Source: Chrysomallon squamiferum (Eukaryota; Animalia; Mollusca). From it: a stretch of 64,000 nt of DNA. Position 1 is the stretch's first letter; every line of letters begins with the position of its first letter. The notes under the pieces are model-generated. The model did no database searches. It was not told the origin of the DNA and worked only from the letters and a program-made list of their open reading frames with translations. Where the stretch lies: positions 2,976,001 through 3,040,000 of the forward strand of contig CM022679.1 of NCBI GenBank assembly GCA_012295275.1, written 5' to 3'. The translations under genes and the position numbers were made by a program. Positions 1 through 12,300 of this stretch are shown here, one piece after another.

Positions 1-364
1 GTCAGAGACTTCTCATTCATTCATTTATCACATAATTAAATATATTATATTAATACATTGCCTTCTTAGTAACAGAGTCTAACTCAAAAATTTATCAGAT
101 AATTAAAACTGTATTAATAAAAAGACAAAAGAAACCTAATCTCTCAGGTATTGTTTATCATAAATGTTATGTATCAGATTAAATAATATATTGACATACC
201 AATATGTATCCACAAGAAACCAAATTTGAAATAATCATAAATAATCACCAGAGATTTTCTTGATTCATATTTGTGATCTACCCATAATCCTGAATTCTAA
301 CACAGAAACTGTTCACATTTGTTTGTTTTAAATAATATAATGTTTTTAATTTTTGATGTAACAG

Positions 365-3300
365 AGCAAGTAAAGAAACACTGACAGAGACAGAGATGTT
401 TGCTGATGTTTCAACTCCAACCTCTGCTAAAGAAGAAAAAACAAAGAAGGCCACACCTGCAGTTAACAAACCCAAGGTCTGACTTGATTTCAAATTCTGT
501 CTTACTCTTTACTCTTGAAGATATTTTTATGTTGTTTCTTTTCTTTCTTTTTTTTTTTTTTGGAATAAAATTCTACTTTAAGTGGAAATAACAAAATAAA
601 AATATTTTTATGACAGAGGAAAGTGTATTCACTCATAAATGGTATATGAAACCATAGAATGTTTTTTTGGTTGTTGTTTTCCAGATGTTATTTTCTTTTT
701 GTATTTCAGGAATTTGTTGGACCTGAATTTGCATACCGAATTAACAAAACACCAGTACAGATGCAAGTCCTGCCATCTGGTGAAGTATGTTATTTCAGTG
801 TTTTTTACACTTATTTTCTATGTGATTAATTCTGTGTGTGGGTATGTGTATGTTCATATATGCTTTCAAAATTTTATTAATATTTAGCCTAGAGACCTAT
901 ATATATCTGTTAATTAGATTTGGTTAAATCATTTATTTATAATAAATGTTCTTTATAATAAAAGTTAATCATCTTGATATACATGCACTAGGGTGAATCC
1001 AGTTTTTTAGAAAAGAGAATTTATTACATTGTCGTATGTTAAAAAAAGAAAACAGCAATAAAGAGAAAATTTATTAAATAGGGTACTCATGGGAGGGTTG
1101 TCCTTTACTTGATTTATGCATCTCTTACAAACACCTTGTTACTTTTTGTAGAGGTAAACTAACTGTGATCTGGTTTCTTATATCTAATTATACTCTGTCA
1201 ACACATTATTACTTTGTAGGGTGCAAAACATGTGCCGTTGGCACGCCGTGTTGTTGTAGTTCACCTGACAGGACAGAAGTTTGAGGTGATGTGCGACCCC
1301 AGTACAACAGCGCGGCAGTTGTATGACACCATCATCACCCACATTGATCTGCCAGAGTTCTACTTCTTTGGACTGTCATACATATCAGGTTAGGGAGACA
1401 AATGTGTGGTCTTAATATCTCAGAAATGTCTATGGTGATGCTGTTGCCTAATTACATTTACTGTGTATCTCTGTTATTATAAATAAGCTGTGTTAATACA
1501 TGTGCAAGAGTTTGTTTCATTTGTTGCTTTCTCTTTAAAGTGTTCCTAAGGAAAAACAAACAAGAAATCTAAATATATTCAGTATGCTTTGCTTCACTGT
1601 CACTAGAACCATAGCCTTTGCTGATAATAAAGTTTAATTGGTACATACAACATTTCACAAAAGGACTGTATTATTTTTTCAGATGGAGAACATTTTTTTA
1701 TGGACAATGACACCAAACTTCACAAAGTGGCGCCTGAGGGGTGGAAAGAAGGAAAGAGTCATGGTTCGACTGTTGAGTTCACTCTGTACCTCCGAACTAA
1801 GTTCTACGTTGATTCTCTCACAGACTTCAGGTAACTTTTAGGCTTTTACAAAGTAAATTATTTATTTTCCACTTGTCTCAGATAAAAAGAACAACCAGTG
1901 CTTGTTTTTGGTTTTTAGTTTCATAACATTAATATTTAATCTTGTTTCTACAAAAAATGTAAAAAAGAATTTAAAAAAAAAGGTACTTGACTGATAAACG
2001 TTTTTAGAGTTCACAATGTTTGAAAATATAAACAAAGGGTTTTGAAAATAGTAGGCCATCATTAAGAATGTGGCAGTATTTTTAAACATGGCTGAAAGAG
2101 ATTTGTTTTTGTGAGTATTTTCCTCCTTTGTTTCAGGCACCAAGGCAGTTATCATCTTCTTTACCTACAACTGCGACATGATCTTTTAGAGGAACGGATT
2201 CGTTGCACAGATGAACAAGCCATCACTTTAGCAGGTCTGGCTCTGCAAGCTGAATATGGCAACTACAACGACCACAACACTGTCGCTAACTACTTCATTC
2301 CAGAGCAGTATGTGTCAAACCACACCATTAAGAATGCGAGCTCTGAGAATATCCAGCAACAACTGACCCAGTCTCACGTGTCAAACTGTGGAGTCAGCTG
2401 TCGTCAGGCTGAAACTAAATTTGTTCAGGTATCATACAGATTTTATTTTGCATGTCTGTCTTTCTGTTAGTCTGTCAATGTCAGTTGATTTCTCTCTGAT
2501 TATTTCTTTCTGAATTTGCTAATGTATAAAATGAAGTGTAAAAATTATTGAAAACAAAAAATCTTTTGCTGATTATACACACAGAGACACCTTATTCAGA
2601 AGCTTACACACAACTGTTAATAAAATAATATTTATTGCATTTTTTTAGTGTTTTTTTAAATTTTATTTTTATTTTATTTTTTCTATAGTTGGTACAGAAG
2701 TTACCTGAATATGGTATTCACTACCACAAGCTTTACAGGGTAGGTGATCAGTCTTTGTATTTATCTATTACAGTGTGTTCATATAGGTTTTTAGGCAGAT
2801 TTAAGTTAGCAATAATTATAATCATAATTTGACATAAATTTTCTTAAATTGCTTTGCCATATTGTAATGAATTTTTCTTTACTGTTTTTAATAATTATCT
2901 AAATCAAAGCAAATTTGATAAAATTCTTTTTTAGTAATCCAGAAATTACTGTTTTTTGAAATTTTTGACATTTTTTGAATATGATTAAAAACCAAATATT
3001 TATTCAAGTCATCAGAACAGCAAAACTGTTTCATTGAGTCATCTGTGACATCCACATTCATCCAGTAACCTGTTACAGGTTAACATGGCCCTGCATTGTG
3101 CACTATATTGTATTTATCTATTGTGGTACCGTCAGGTTTTACTCTGTCATATTCACTGTTTTTTTATTTGAATTGTAAACAGATTAATTAACTGATTTGT
3201 ATATTTACCTCTGTGCAACACCTAGCAGCTATTGTACTTATAAACATTCGTGTTCCAGTCTAAGAACGACACAAGTCATGTGGTGTGGGTTGGTATAGCC

Positions 3301-6300
3301 AGTGGTGGGCTGCTGCTAGCAGAAAACCAGGGATACCATCGCGTGGTTGTTGCCCAGCATGAGTGGCAAGCCATCAAGAAAATCTCCTTCAACAAGAGAC
3401 GATTCAGCATTCAGCCAAAAGAGGAGTTTGCTGGATTGGGCAAACCTACCAAGACCAATTTGTTTACCAGTACTTACAGAAAGTAAGTCTGTATTTTGTT
3501 ATGTCATGGAATGTTTTTTTTTGTTTTTTTTTAATAAGTAGAGATTTAATTTCTCATTCTTTTCATAAACATCTGTGTTTTTTTCTTTGTTTATTGAAGT
3601 ATACTGTTGCATACTGTTGAATTGTACACTTCCAAGATATAACTGTATATAACATAATGAGTTAATAATGATTGGAGATTTTATAAAAAATACACAACTG
3701 AATTAACTGTAGGGGAAGGTATCAGCTATTGGAGATTTTATAAATAATGAGTGAATTGTAGGGGGAAATATCTGCTATTGAAGATTTTATAAAAAATACA
3801 CAACTGAATGATTTAATTGTAGGGGAAGATATCTGCTGCAGTTCTCAACAACACAGCACAGATTTCAGATGCGAATGAGAAACAGACCAAGCTTACCTGA
3901 TACTCGCAGAGGTATGACTGATTACTCTGTTTAATGAACTACCTGTGCTAGTTAGTAAAAATAAACAACCTTTACTGACAGAATGTGTGATATTTTTACG
4001 AAATAAAAACAAATAATGAACATCTGTTGTTTTAAATAATTAGGATACTTGTCTTTTGTGTTTAGTTTCAGAAAATGAGGACAGTTGATTACTTTGATTT
4101 AGTTGACTATAATTAAGTTTCACACTGTTATATGAAATTATATAGTAATATTAATTGAGTAGATTAGTTTGAAATAATAAAACAAATATGTTATATTTAT
4201 TTTATTTGTTTAGATAATGAAAGAAGCAGGATGAATGTTTTGATTTCAGATGATGAAACAAGGTGTATGTTTTAGTTTCTGATAAAGATACAAGTCTGAT
4301 ATTTATTTTTGTTTCAGATGAGATCAATTGGCTATGTTTTAGTTTGAGATAATTATAAAAATTTGTGTATTTTAGTTTCAGAAAATGAAGATGTAGATTC
4401 TAATGAAGACAAGAAGAAATCTGTGAGCTCCAGTGAGAAGCAGGAAAAGAGAAATCTACAGGTACAGAGAAAATCTGGTTCACTGATTGAAAATTGATTC
4501 CTTAAATGCTAGTAGAACATAGGACATATTTTTAATAAAACTGACATCAGCAGTGAATGAAAGTTGTTATCATTGATTGAATTGGTCGTTTATCAAACAG
4601 AAATGTAAATATTTGTGTACTGACACAGAAATATAATATGATACCCCAGTGTTTGAAAATTTCACTTCTAAGACATATTACAACAAATTTCAACAGTTTT
4701 TAGCTACTGATGTACGATATTTTTTTAGTTGTTCAATTCAAAAGGCAAATTATCAAATCATAAAATATACAACAACATTTGAAAACTTCAGTTCTCAGTA
4801 TTTACAAAGTATTGAACCAAATTTCAAGTTTTTTCTAGCTAATGTAAGATTTTTTTTTTTGGAATTAAAAAAACAAATGGCTGCCATAAAATATCTCCAT
4901 AATATTTATTGCAGAATACTTTTCATTATTATTGCTATTAATGACTATCACATTCACACAAAGTTTATTGAGTGGATATTTGATTCTAAAACATGTAACT
5001 GATCCATAGCAAACAAGATCTCAGTATTATTAAAATATAAAATTGTCAACTCATGTGATTTGAAACATTACTCTTTATGTTCATTCATTCATCTAGTTAT
5101 TACATCTTTTAAAAAACAAATTTTAAAATTTTATTTTTAAAGCCATCTTCCAGTGAGGCAGACAGTGAACCCCCACACAAGTGTGGCAGGTACGTTGGTC
5201 TCTTTTATCAGGTTCTCACAGTTGTAGAGGGTAGTTTTATTGACAGTTGTTCATGTGATTCAGCCATTAAAAATTAACAATATTACTAATTAAGTCAATA
5301 GATTTTTATTTAATAACATGATAATAGCATCATTTCCAACATTCTCATTTGCTTGTTCTCTCTATAAATTTGCATTTTGTATGATATTTAATAAAAACAA
5401 ATTAAAAAAATAATTTTAAAAAAAACCCGTATGTAACATTGAGAAAGCATCTTCAGTGTGCTGTATTTATATTTTAAATTTAAAAAAAACAACTAATAGT
5501 AATAATAGCATGGAATTACCATAAATACTAATGCCAAATAAGTATAGCTTAACAATATTTCATATATTTCAGATCATTGGGGTTTTGACTAATCATTTTA
5601 ACTATTTCTATTTAAAAAGTAGATGGTAACTTTTACTATTAATAAAACATAACAATAATATGTCATGAAAGATGAATAGGGTCTTCTGCTTTTTCCTTTT
5701 TGTCACTTTGTTTCTGGTATAGAAATTTAAAAAAAACTAGCAACAAACACTTTTAAACAATAACTTCATAAACTGAGAATCCTCAATCTGTCAGGAATAT
5801 AATAAATTGACTTCACAGTAAAAATAACAGGAACCTCCATGTAATCATATAATCGTTTTATATTATTTGGATACTTTATTATTAGCAAAGTTTTGTTTGC
5901 AAAAACAAACCAATCAGTTACTAGAATAAACAAATACACATTTATTCTGTTCGTTCATACAACCAAAAGAATACTTTTATAAAACAATTTCTTGGTCGTA
6001 TTCCACCTATATAAAAAGACTATTTTGTTCCCAGCACAAACAGACGTATTTTATCTCTAACTACTGCAGTGAGACTAGAACCTGCTTTTGTTAACCTGCA
6101 TGATGTGTGATTATGCATGAATCTTTATAGTCCTCCTCCATATCGACCAACTCTTAGTGTTAGCATGGACAACCTTCTCGACTCTGAGAAATCTCTAAGA
6201 CAGAAACACTGGCCCTCTGAACAGTCAGCATCATGTTTTGACATCCGCCCTGATTGGTCAGTGCATGATAGAGAGTTTTCCGGTTTGTATAAAACAATTT

Positions 6301-9300
6301 AATTTTAAAATTTCTTTCTGAAAATAATTTCAGCTTGTAATATAAGATTTTGTATACAGTTGATTTTTTTTTTTTTTTTAATTTAATGGCATTTTCAAGA
6401 CTAACAAATAATGAAGAATTTATTCTGTTAGATTTCAGTTAATTTGTGTTAACTGATCTTTATATTAAAATGTTAAAAATACTTCTAATAAATAATATAT
6501 AATGTACTGAAATTATTCATGCATACATACATTCTTTTGTGTGTGAGTGTGAAAGACTAGATACACTCACTCATATGTATATATACATACAATTAAGCAT
6601 GTTTAACATACAAAAACATACAAACTTCAAAATTAACAAATCATATTTAGCATGATTTATATATTTTAATATATTTTTTTTAATTTGCATTTTTGATATA
6701 TAAACTGTAACTGGATTAATACTAACAAAATTAAGCACTAATAAATATAATTATATATTCTTGAAATTTAGAGAGTTTTCATGAAAGTAGTCTCAAAACA
6801 GAACAGTACTATATTTTATTAGTATCTCTACAGTAGTAACTGTCTTTTCGAAAACTTGAGAAAATTCTTTCAAAAATAGTGCAGAGTACAGTTTCTGTTT
6901 TATTACTGGTATGAACGTCTTATCTTTTTGTGCACACACTGTGAATTCATGGTTCCTATATTGTTCTGTTCTGGTTAGTCACTTTTAAAAGACTGTCTGC
7001 TACTGATTACTAAAAAAGATATTGTGTTATGGATAATATTAGATAAAATACATAAGTTTTATTTCAATGTTATTTTATTTCAGATACACTTGGCGTCAAC
7101 GGGGACCAGACATTGTCACCTCACATCAATAACGCTTTACATTATGGTATGAAATCAATTACATTTAATACTAGAATTGTTCTCTTTCTTATTTTATTGA
7201 CCATATTAGTGTGATAAAATATCTCATGTAGCTCTGATCTTGAACTGCAGATCTTTCTGTGTGATCTGTTAAATTTAATTTGTTTTTCAGTTTTTTTGTA
7301 AAATTTATGCTAAATTCAGTATTTAAAGTTGTTTTTCGATTTAATATTTTTGAATGAGAGAGTGTGTGTGTGTGTGAATTCTATTCTACAATAATTTATT
7401 ATTTAAAAAAAAAAAAAAATTTCAGAACCATCTCAGCAGAATGACCAGAGCAGTCTTTCTCTAGAGTCATCTCCCTTTACATCACGCCAGATCGTGGAGG
7501 TCACTCTGCAGAAAGACCCCGTGCATGGAATAGGTCTTACCATAGTTGGCGGTGAGACAACCAGCAAACTAGATCTGGGAATCTTCATCAAAACACTGAC
7601 TCCTGGAGGTCCTGCCGACGTCGATGGAAGAATCAAACCAGGTGATCGACTGCTGGCGATAAATGGCCGTAGTCTGGAAGGCATTCAGCACAACGAGGCA
7701 GTCCAGTACATACGAGATTCCCCATCAACCATCACTTTGTTAGTTTCACAAATCAGAATTCCTAGCTCTCTCAGACGCCATTCTTTTCATTCTTTCTCTT
7801 CTGCTGAGATTGGAGACAGATCATTTCATCTTGTACAAAATTTCACCAACATTCCTTCAGACTCTCAGGTAGTTGCTTTGTCAAAGGACAGGCACGATCC
7901 TGTAGATTGTACTCGTAGTTTAGATGTTGATAGAAGTGTGTTTCCACTGACTGATGAGATGTTTGATTATGAAAGATCAGACACAAGAAACGGACATCCT
8001 GACGAACAAGAAAATGAAGAACTGGAACTTGTTGGGGGTACATTTTATGAAATATTTGTTTAATGACACTTAAATTTTGTTTGTTAATGATTATTAACTC
8101 AGATGTTTATTACTTTGAGGTTGTAATGCAGAGAATTAAACTGTTTAATAACAAAAGCTTTTCTACATTGTTTCTGCCAGTCCCTGGAAATACTACAACA
8201 GTAAGATACTGCTACATTATAATTTCATTTTTATTTTCTCTTTATTGTATGATTATTATTATTATTATTATTATTACACTTAGTAAGAGTTTTATTTAGA
8301 TGAACTTAGAACTGAAAAAGAATATTTTTTAGGAATAATATAATCTGATAATTAGTTGTAACTGTATTAAATTAGTTGTGATAACTGATTGAATTTCTTT
8401 GATTTGAAAGATTATACGTTATATTAACACGCAGTCACTAACTGGTTTGTTACTGTATGAAATAAACTTACAGACTTGGCAGATCTGGAACTTGACAGCG
8501 GTTCATCCTCAGACTCTGATTTTGACACTGCGCTTCAGAATGCAATAGAAGGAAAAAGAAGAGTTAAAACTAAAAACAGGTGTGATTCAGTAATTGCTCA
8601 GTTTTTAGTGGAATACTCTGTGTTTGGCAATAACTAAATTTTGATATTTTTATAATATAAATTATTTGTTATATTTTTATAATTTAAATTGTCTTAATTA
8701 TCATATTTTTTATAATTTAAATTTAGGACCCGTATAACACTGTTATACTGAGGCATATTTTCTTCATGATTGTATGACACGTGGAACTCATCCCAAACAC
8801 AACTGTCTTAGTTTATCAAATAGTAGCAAATATCTTTTATTATCATTTTCCTCTGTACAAAAATCTTCAAAAAACATCTAAGGCTGTAATAACTAAATCT
8901 TAATTAGTAATGAAATATAACAACAAAATACCACAGTTACAAATTACTGGGCATCATAATTTTTCTGTTGTAGTGATACTGTGACTTACTTAGCAGACTG
9001 ATTTAGTATAGTGAGACAACTTACAGATAACAGTCTGATATCTGATAGCACATTCAATTGAAAGAATTACATGTTTTATGACTGTTACTTTATTGTCACA
9101 GTTTGTTAATAAAATTTGTCATTCAAATCAAACAGAATGATATCTGTTACAAAGAAATTATTATTATTATTATTATTTGGTGCTGCTGTTTTAAATTTTA
9201 CACCTCCCAGAAGAACTATATTTCTAATTACAAGTGTTTTTATTTTCAGGTCGCCTAGTCCATTGATGGAGCCGCCAGTCAGTTCAGAGTTGTTAGAAGT

Positions 9301-12300
9301 TACACTGGAGAAACATAATGATGATTTAGGATTTACAATAGAAGTAAATTTTCTTTCACTGTTATCTAATCAATTTGTCTTTAGACTTGGAGATAATATT
9401 GTTTTTAAGTTTAATCTATAAATGTTTAGAAAAGAGAAATTAGTAAACTAGCAGAGTTAGTTTTGTGACAGAATACTTAAATGAGGAAAAAAACAATTCT
9501 AGGATCAAATTCCAATTCCCATTCAAACCATTGCCCCAAATTCTATAAAGCTTAAAAATCTCCATTTTTAATGAGCCTGTTTGTTTAAGAAGACTTGCTG
9601 TTATCATACATAATACAGTCTTTTCAGATAATTAAGTGGAATTCTTATGTGATACTTCTATTTAACATTTTTTTTTTTTATATATACCAATTTCCAGGAA
9701 AATGGAGGTGATATTTATGTGAAATCTGTGGAGAAAGATGAATCTCTAATCCAGCCTGGTAGGATTTTTATCTGTTGTTATTTTAACTACACTAAAACCA
9801 CAAGTTCATAATGTACCTGAAATAGATTGAATAAATAGCCTAATAACGGAGTTGTTATGTTTTTTTTTTATCATACTGATTGCTTTAGTTTTTGTTCTGA
9901 GATTAGTAGTAGGGCTGTTTTAAGGTATTCACTCATAGGCAGTTGCCCAGAGGCCAGACTGGTCTGGGTTCATACAATCCATATGTGCTATGGCTTGGTG
10001 TCAATAAATATTATACGGTTATGTTTGAAGGCCCTCAGATATCAGAGTTTTTGTTTTAATAAACTTGATTTGAACTATTATATTTTGACTAATTAATTTT
10101 AATGATATATTTTAAATTTACGAAATCATGAAAACATTAAAACTGAAAATGATCAAGAATGTTTAAATAAATAATGTAACATGAGGTGTAACTGTGCACA
10201 TTTTTGTTTTATGAGTTAACCGTTCATCCTCAGTGTCTTAATTTCTCGATGCAATACACATCATCGATGTAAATTCTCTTTTAATATAATTTAACTCTCT
10301 TCTCATTTTATAAATAAAGAAATATGTAAATAAATATCTTTAAAATTTTCTTCTGTGCAGGTGACAGAATAGTTGCCGTTGGAAACGTGTTGTTTGAAAA
10401 CATCCGACTGTCTGAAGCAATGTCCGTCCTAGACAATTCTCCTCCTACATACATCCTGATGATTCACCGCGACGCAAACGACGTTGACGTAGATCCTGGA
10501 GTTTTAGTCAAAGCAAGTCCATGTAAAGCACAGCCAGGTGCCAGTAAACCAGATCTTTGTGAACCTGGTCCAGTGGTAGAGGAATCATCAGAGAAAAATC
10601 TAAATTCTGATCTGTATGGTTTTGTCACTAAAGGTAAAGGAAACATTTTCTTTTGTTTTTAAAGACACTGATTACATTAGTTTTAGTGTTTGGGATTTTC
10701 TAGCATACATTTTTGTATAATTTATTATTATAGCATCATGAGACTTGAATACGGGCATATATTGAACTTCCATTCTGAAATAGTAAATCAGTTGGTAACA
10801 AGCTGTTTACATTGTACACTATTTATTTTAAACTTTTCAGACAAGATATATGAAGTAGAACTGATAAAGAACAGCAGTGGGTTGGGGTTCAGTATTCAGG
10901 GAGGAGCTGGTTCAAACCCTGCTGACCCCATACTGGACATTCCAAGAATCAAAAGAATATTCTTTGTGGGTCCTGCTGCTCAGAGTGGCAAGATGAGAGT
11001 TGGAGATGTCATACTGACCGTTGATGGTCAAGCTGTCCAAGATCTGCCTTTTTCTGTGAGTTTGTTTAGTGAATTATTGTGTTGATCACTTTCAGAAATA
11101 AAAATGTTTAGTTAAATCATTTTAGAAATAAAACCCTTTGGTTTGATTATTAATTAAAATAATTTTTATATAGTCTTAAATAATTCTTAAGAAATGGCAA
11201 GTTTAACTGCCAAAACTTTAATTATTTTATTAATGTTGACATGAAAATATTAATTTACATGTCATCTTCAACTGTTCTTACATCTAAAATTTAATCATCA
11301 TTTGCTTAAGAAAGTTGTTAAATACTCATTTATACATCTTTTTTATTTGTAATTTATAACATTCACTGTTTCACTTACTAATTCATTCATTTAAACATAT
11401 GCTGGGTTTTTTCAGAGTTTATTACAGAAACTTAGATCAACCCCATCTCCAGTCAGATTAATGATGTGTCGACCAAACCATGATGATCTTCCCTCCATTG
11501 ATTTCACAGTATGCTGAAACTTTCAATAAATTGATTCAGTTATTCATTATTGTGGTTATTGTCAAAGGTTTATGTCTAGTATTTACAAAATAACTATAAT
11601 ATTATATATGAGATGTAAAATTTCTTTGGTATCACTTGAAAGTATGTGAAATGCATTCAGACTGTTTTTCATACCAATTACCAGTTTTAAATGTTTTTTA
11701 ATTTTTTAATTTTTTTTTTATATTAATTTTTATTATTATTGTTTTTTTTCCAGGGAAGTGAAACCTCACTTGACTCTCTGCTGCAAAGTCCAGGACACAA
11801 CAACTTTTTATCCGCAGTGGCCCAAAATGACTCGTATTCCTCTTTCTCTGACACTGACAGCGTCTCCCCTAATTCCACCCTGACCACGCCTCAGGACACA
11901 ACCCAGCTGTCCATACCAGCATCCACCCCTCGGAGGGAAGAAGAAGAAGCTAAGAATTCTAAAACGGCGGAGGTTTTGAACTCTGCAAGAACAGAACTTG
12001 AAAAACTTAACCATGTCCCTGCTGTAGAAGATGGACGTCCTTCAGCAGTAACAGATTCAAACCATCCTGCAGTCAACTCTGTGACACAGTGTGGTGTAGA
12101 GACAGACAATGAGAGAAAGGGACAAGATGATGAAGGTGTTGATCATGATGTTAGAAGTGGAAGTGAAGTAAATACTGAGCTTAAGAATAACGCTGAAGCT
12201 GAGAACGAAACAGAGGACCGAAAGTTCACAGAAGTCAGTAATGTCACCAAGGTCAGTGGCATTAAGGATTCAGGGGTCAAGGATGCAGAGGTCAAAAGAG

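Noticed and set aside
7433-7684. Antisense ORFs over PTPN13 exons (also 10464-10646, 11808-12109, 13169-13411)
   Set aside because: They are shadow frames of the real plus-strand exons.
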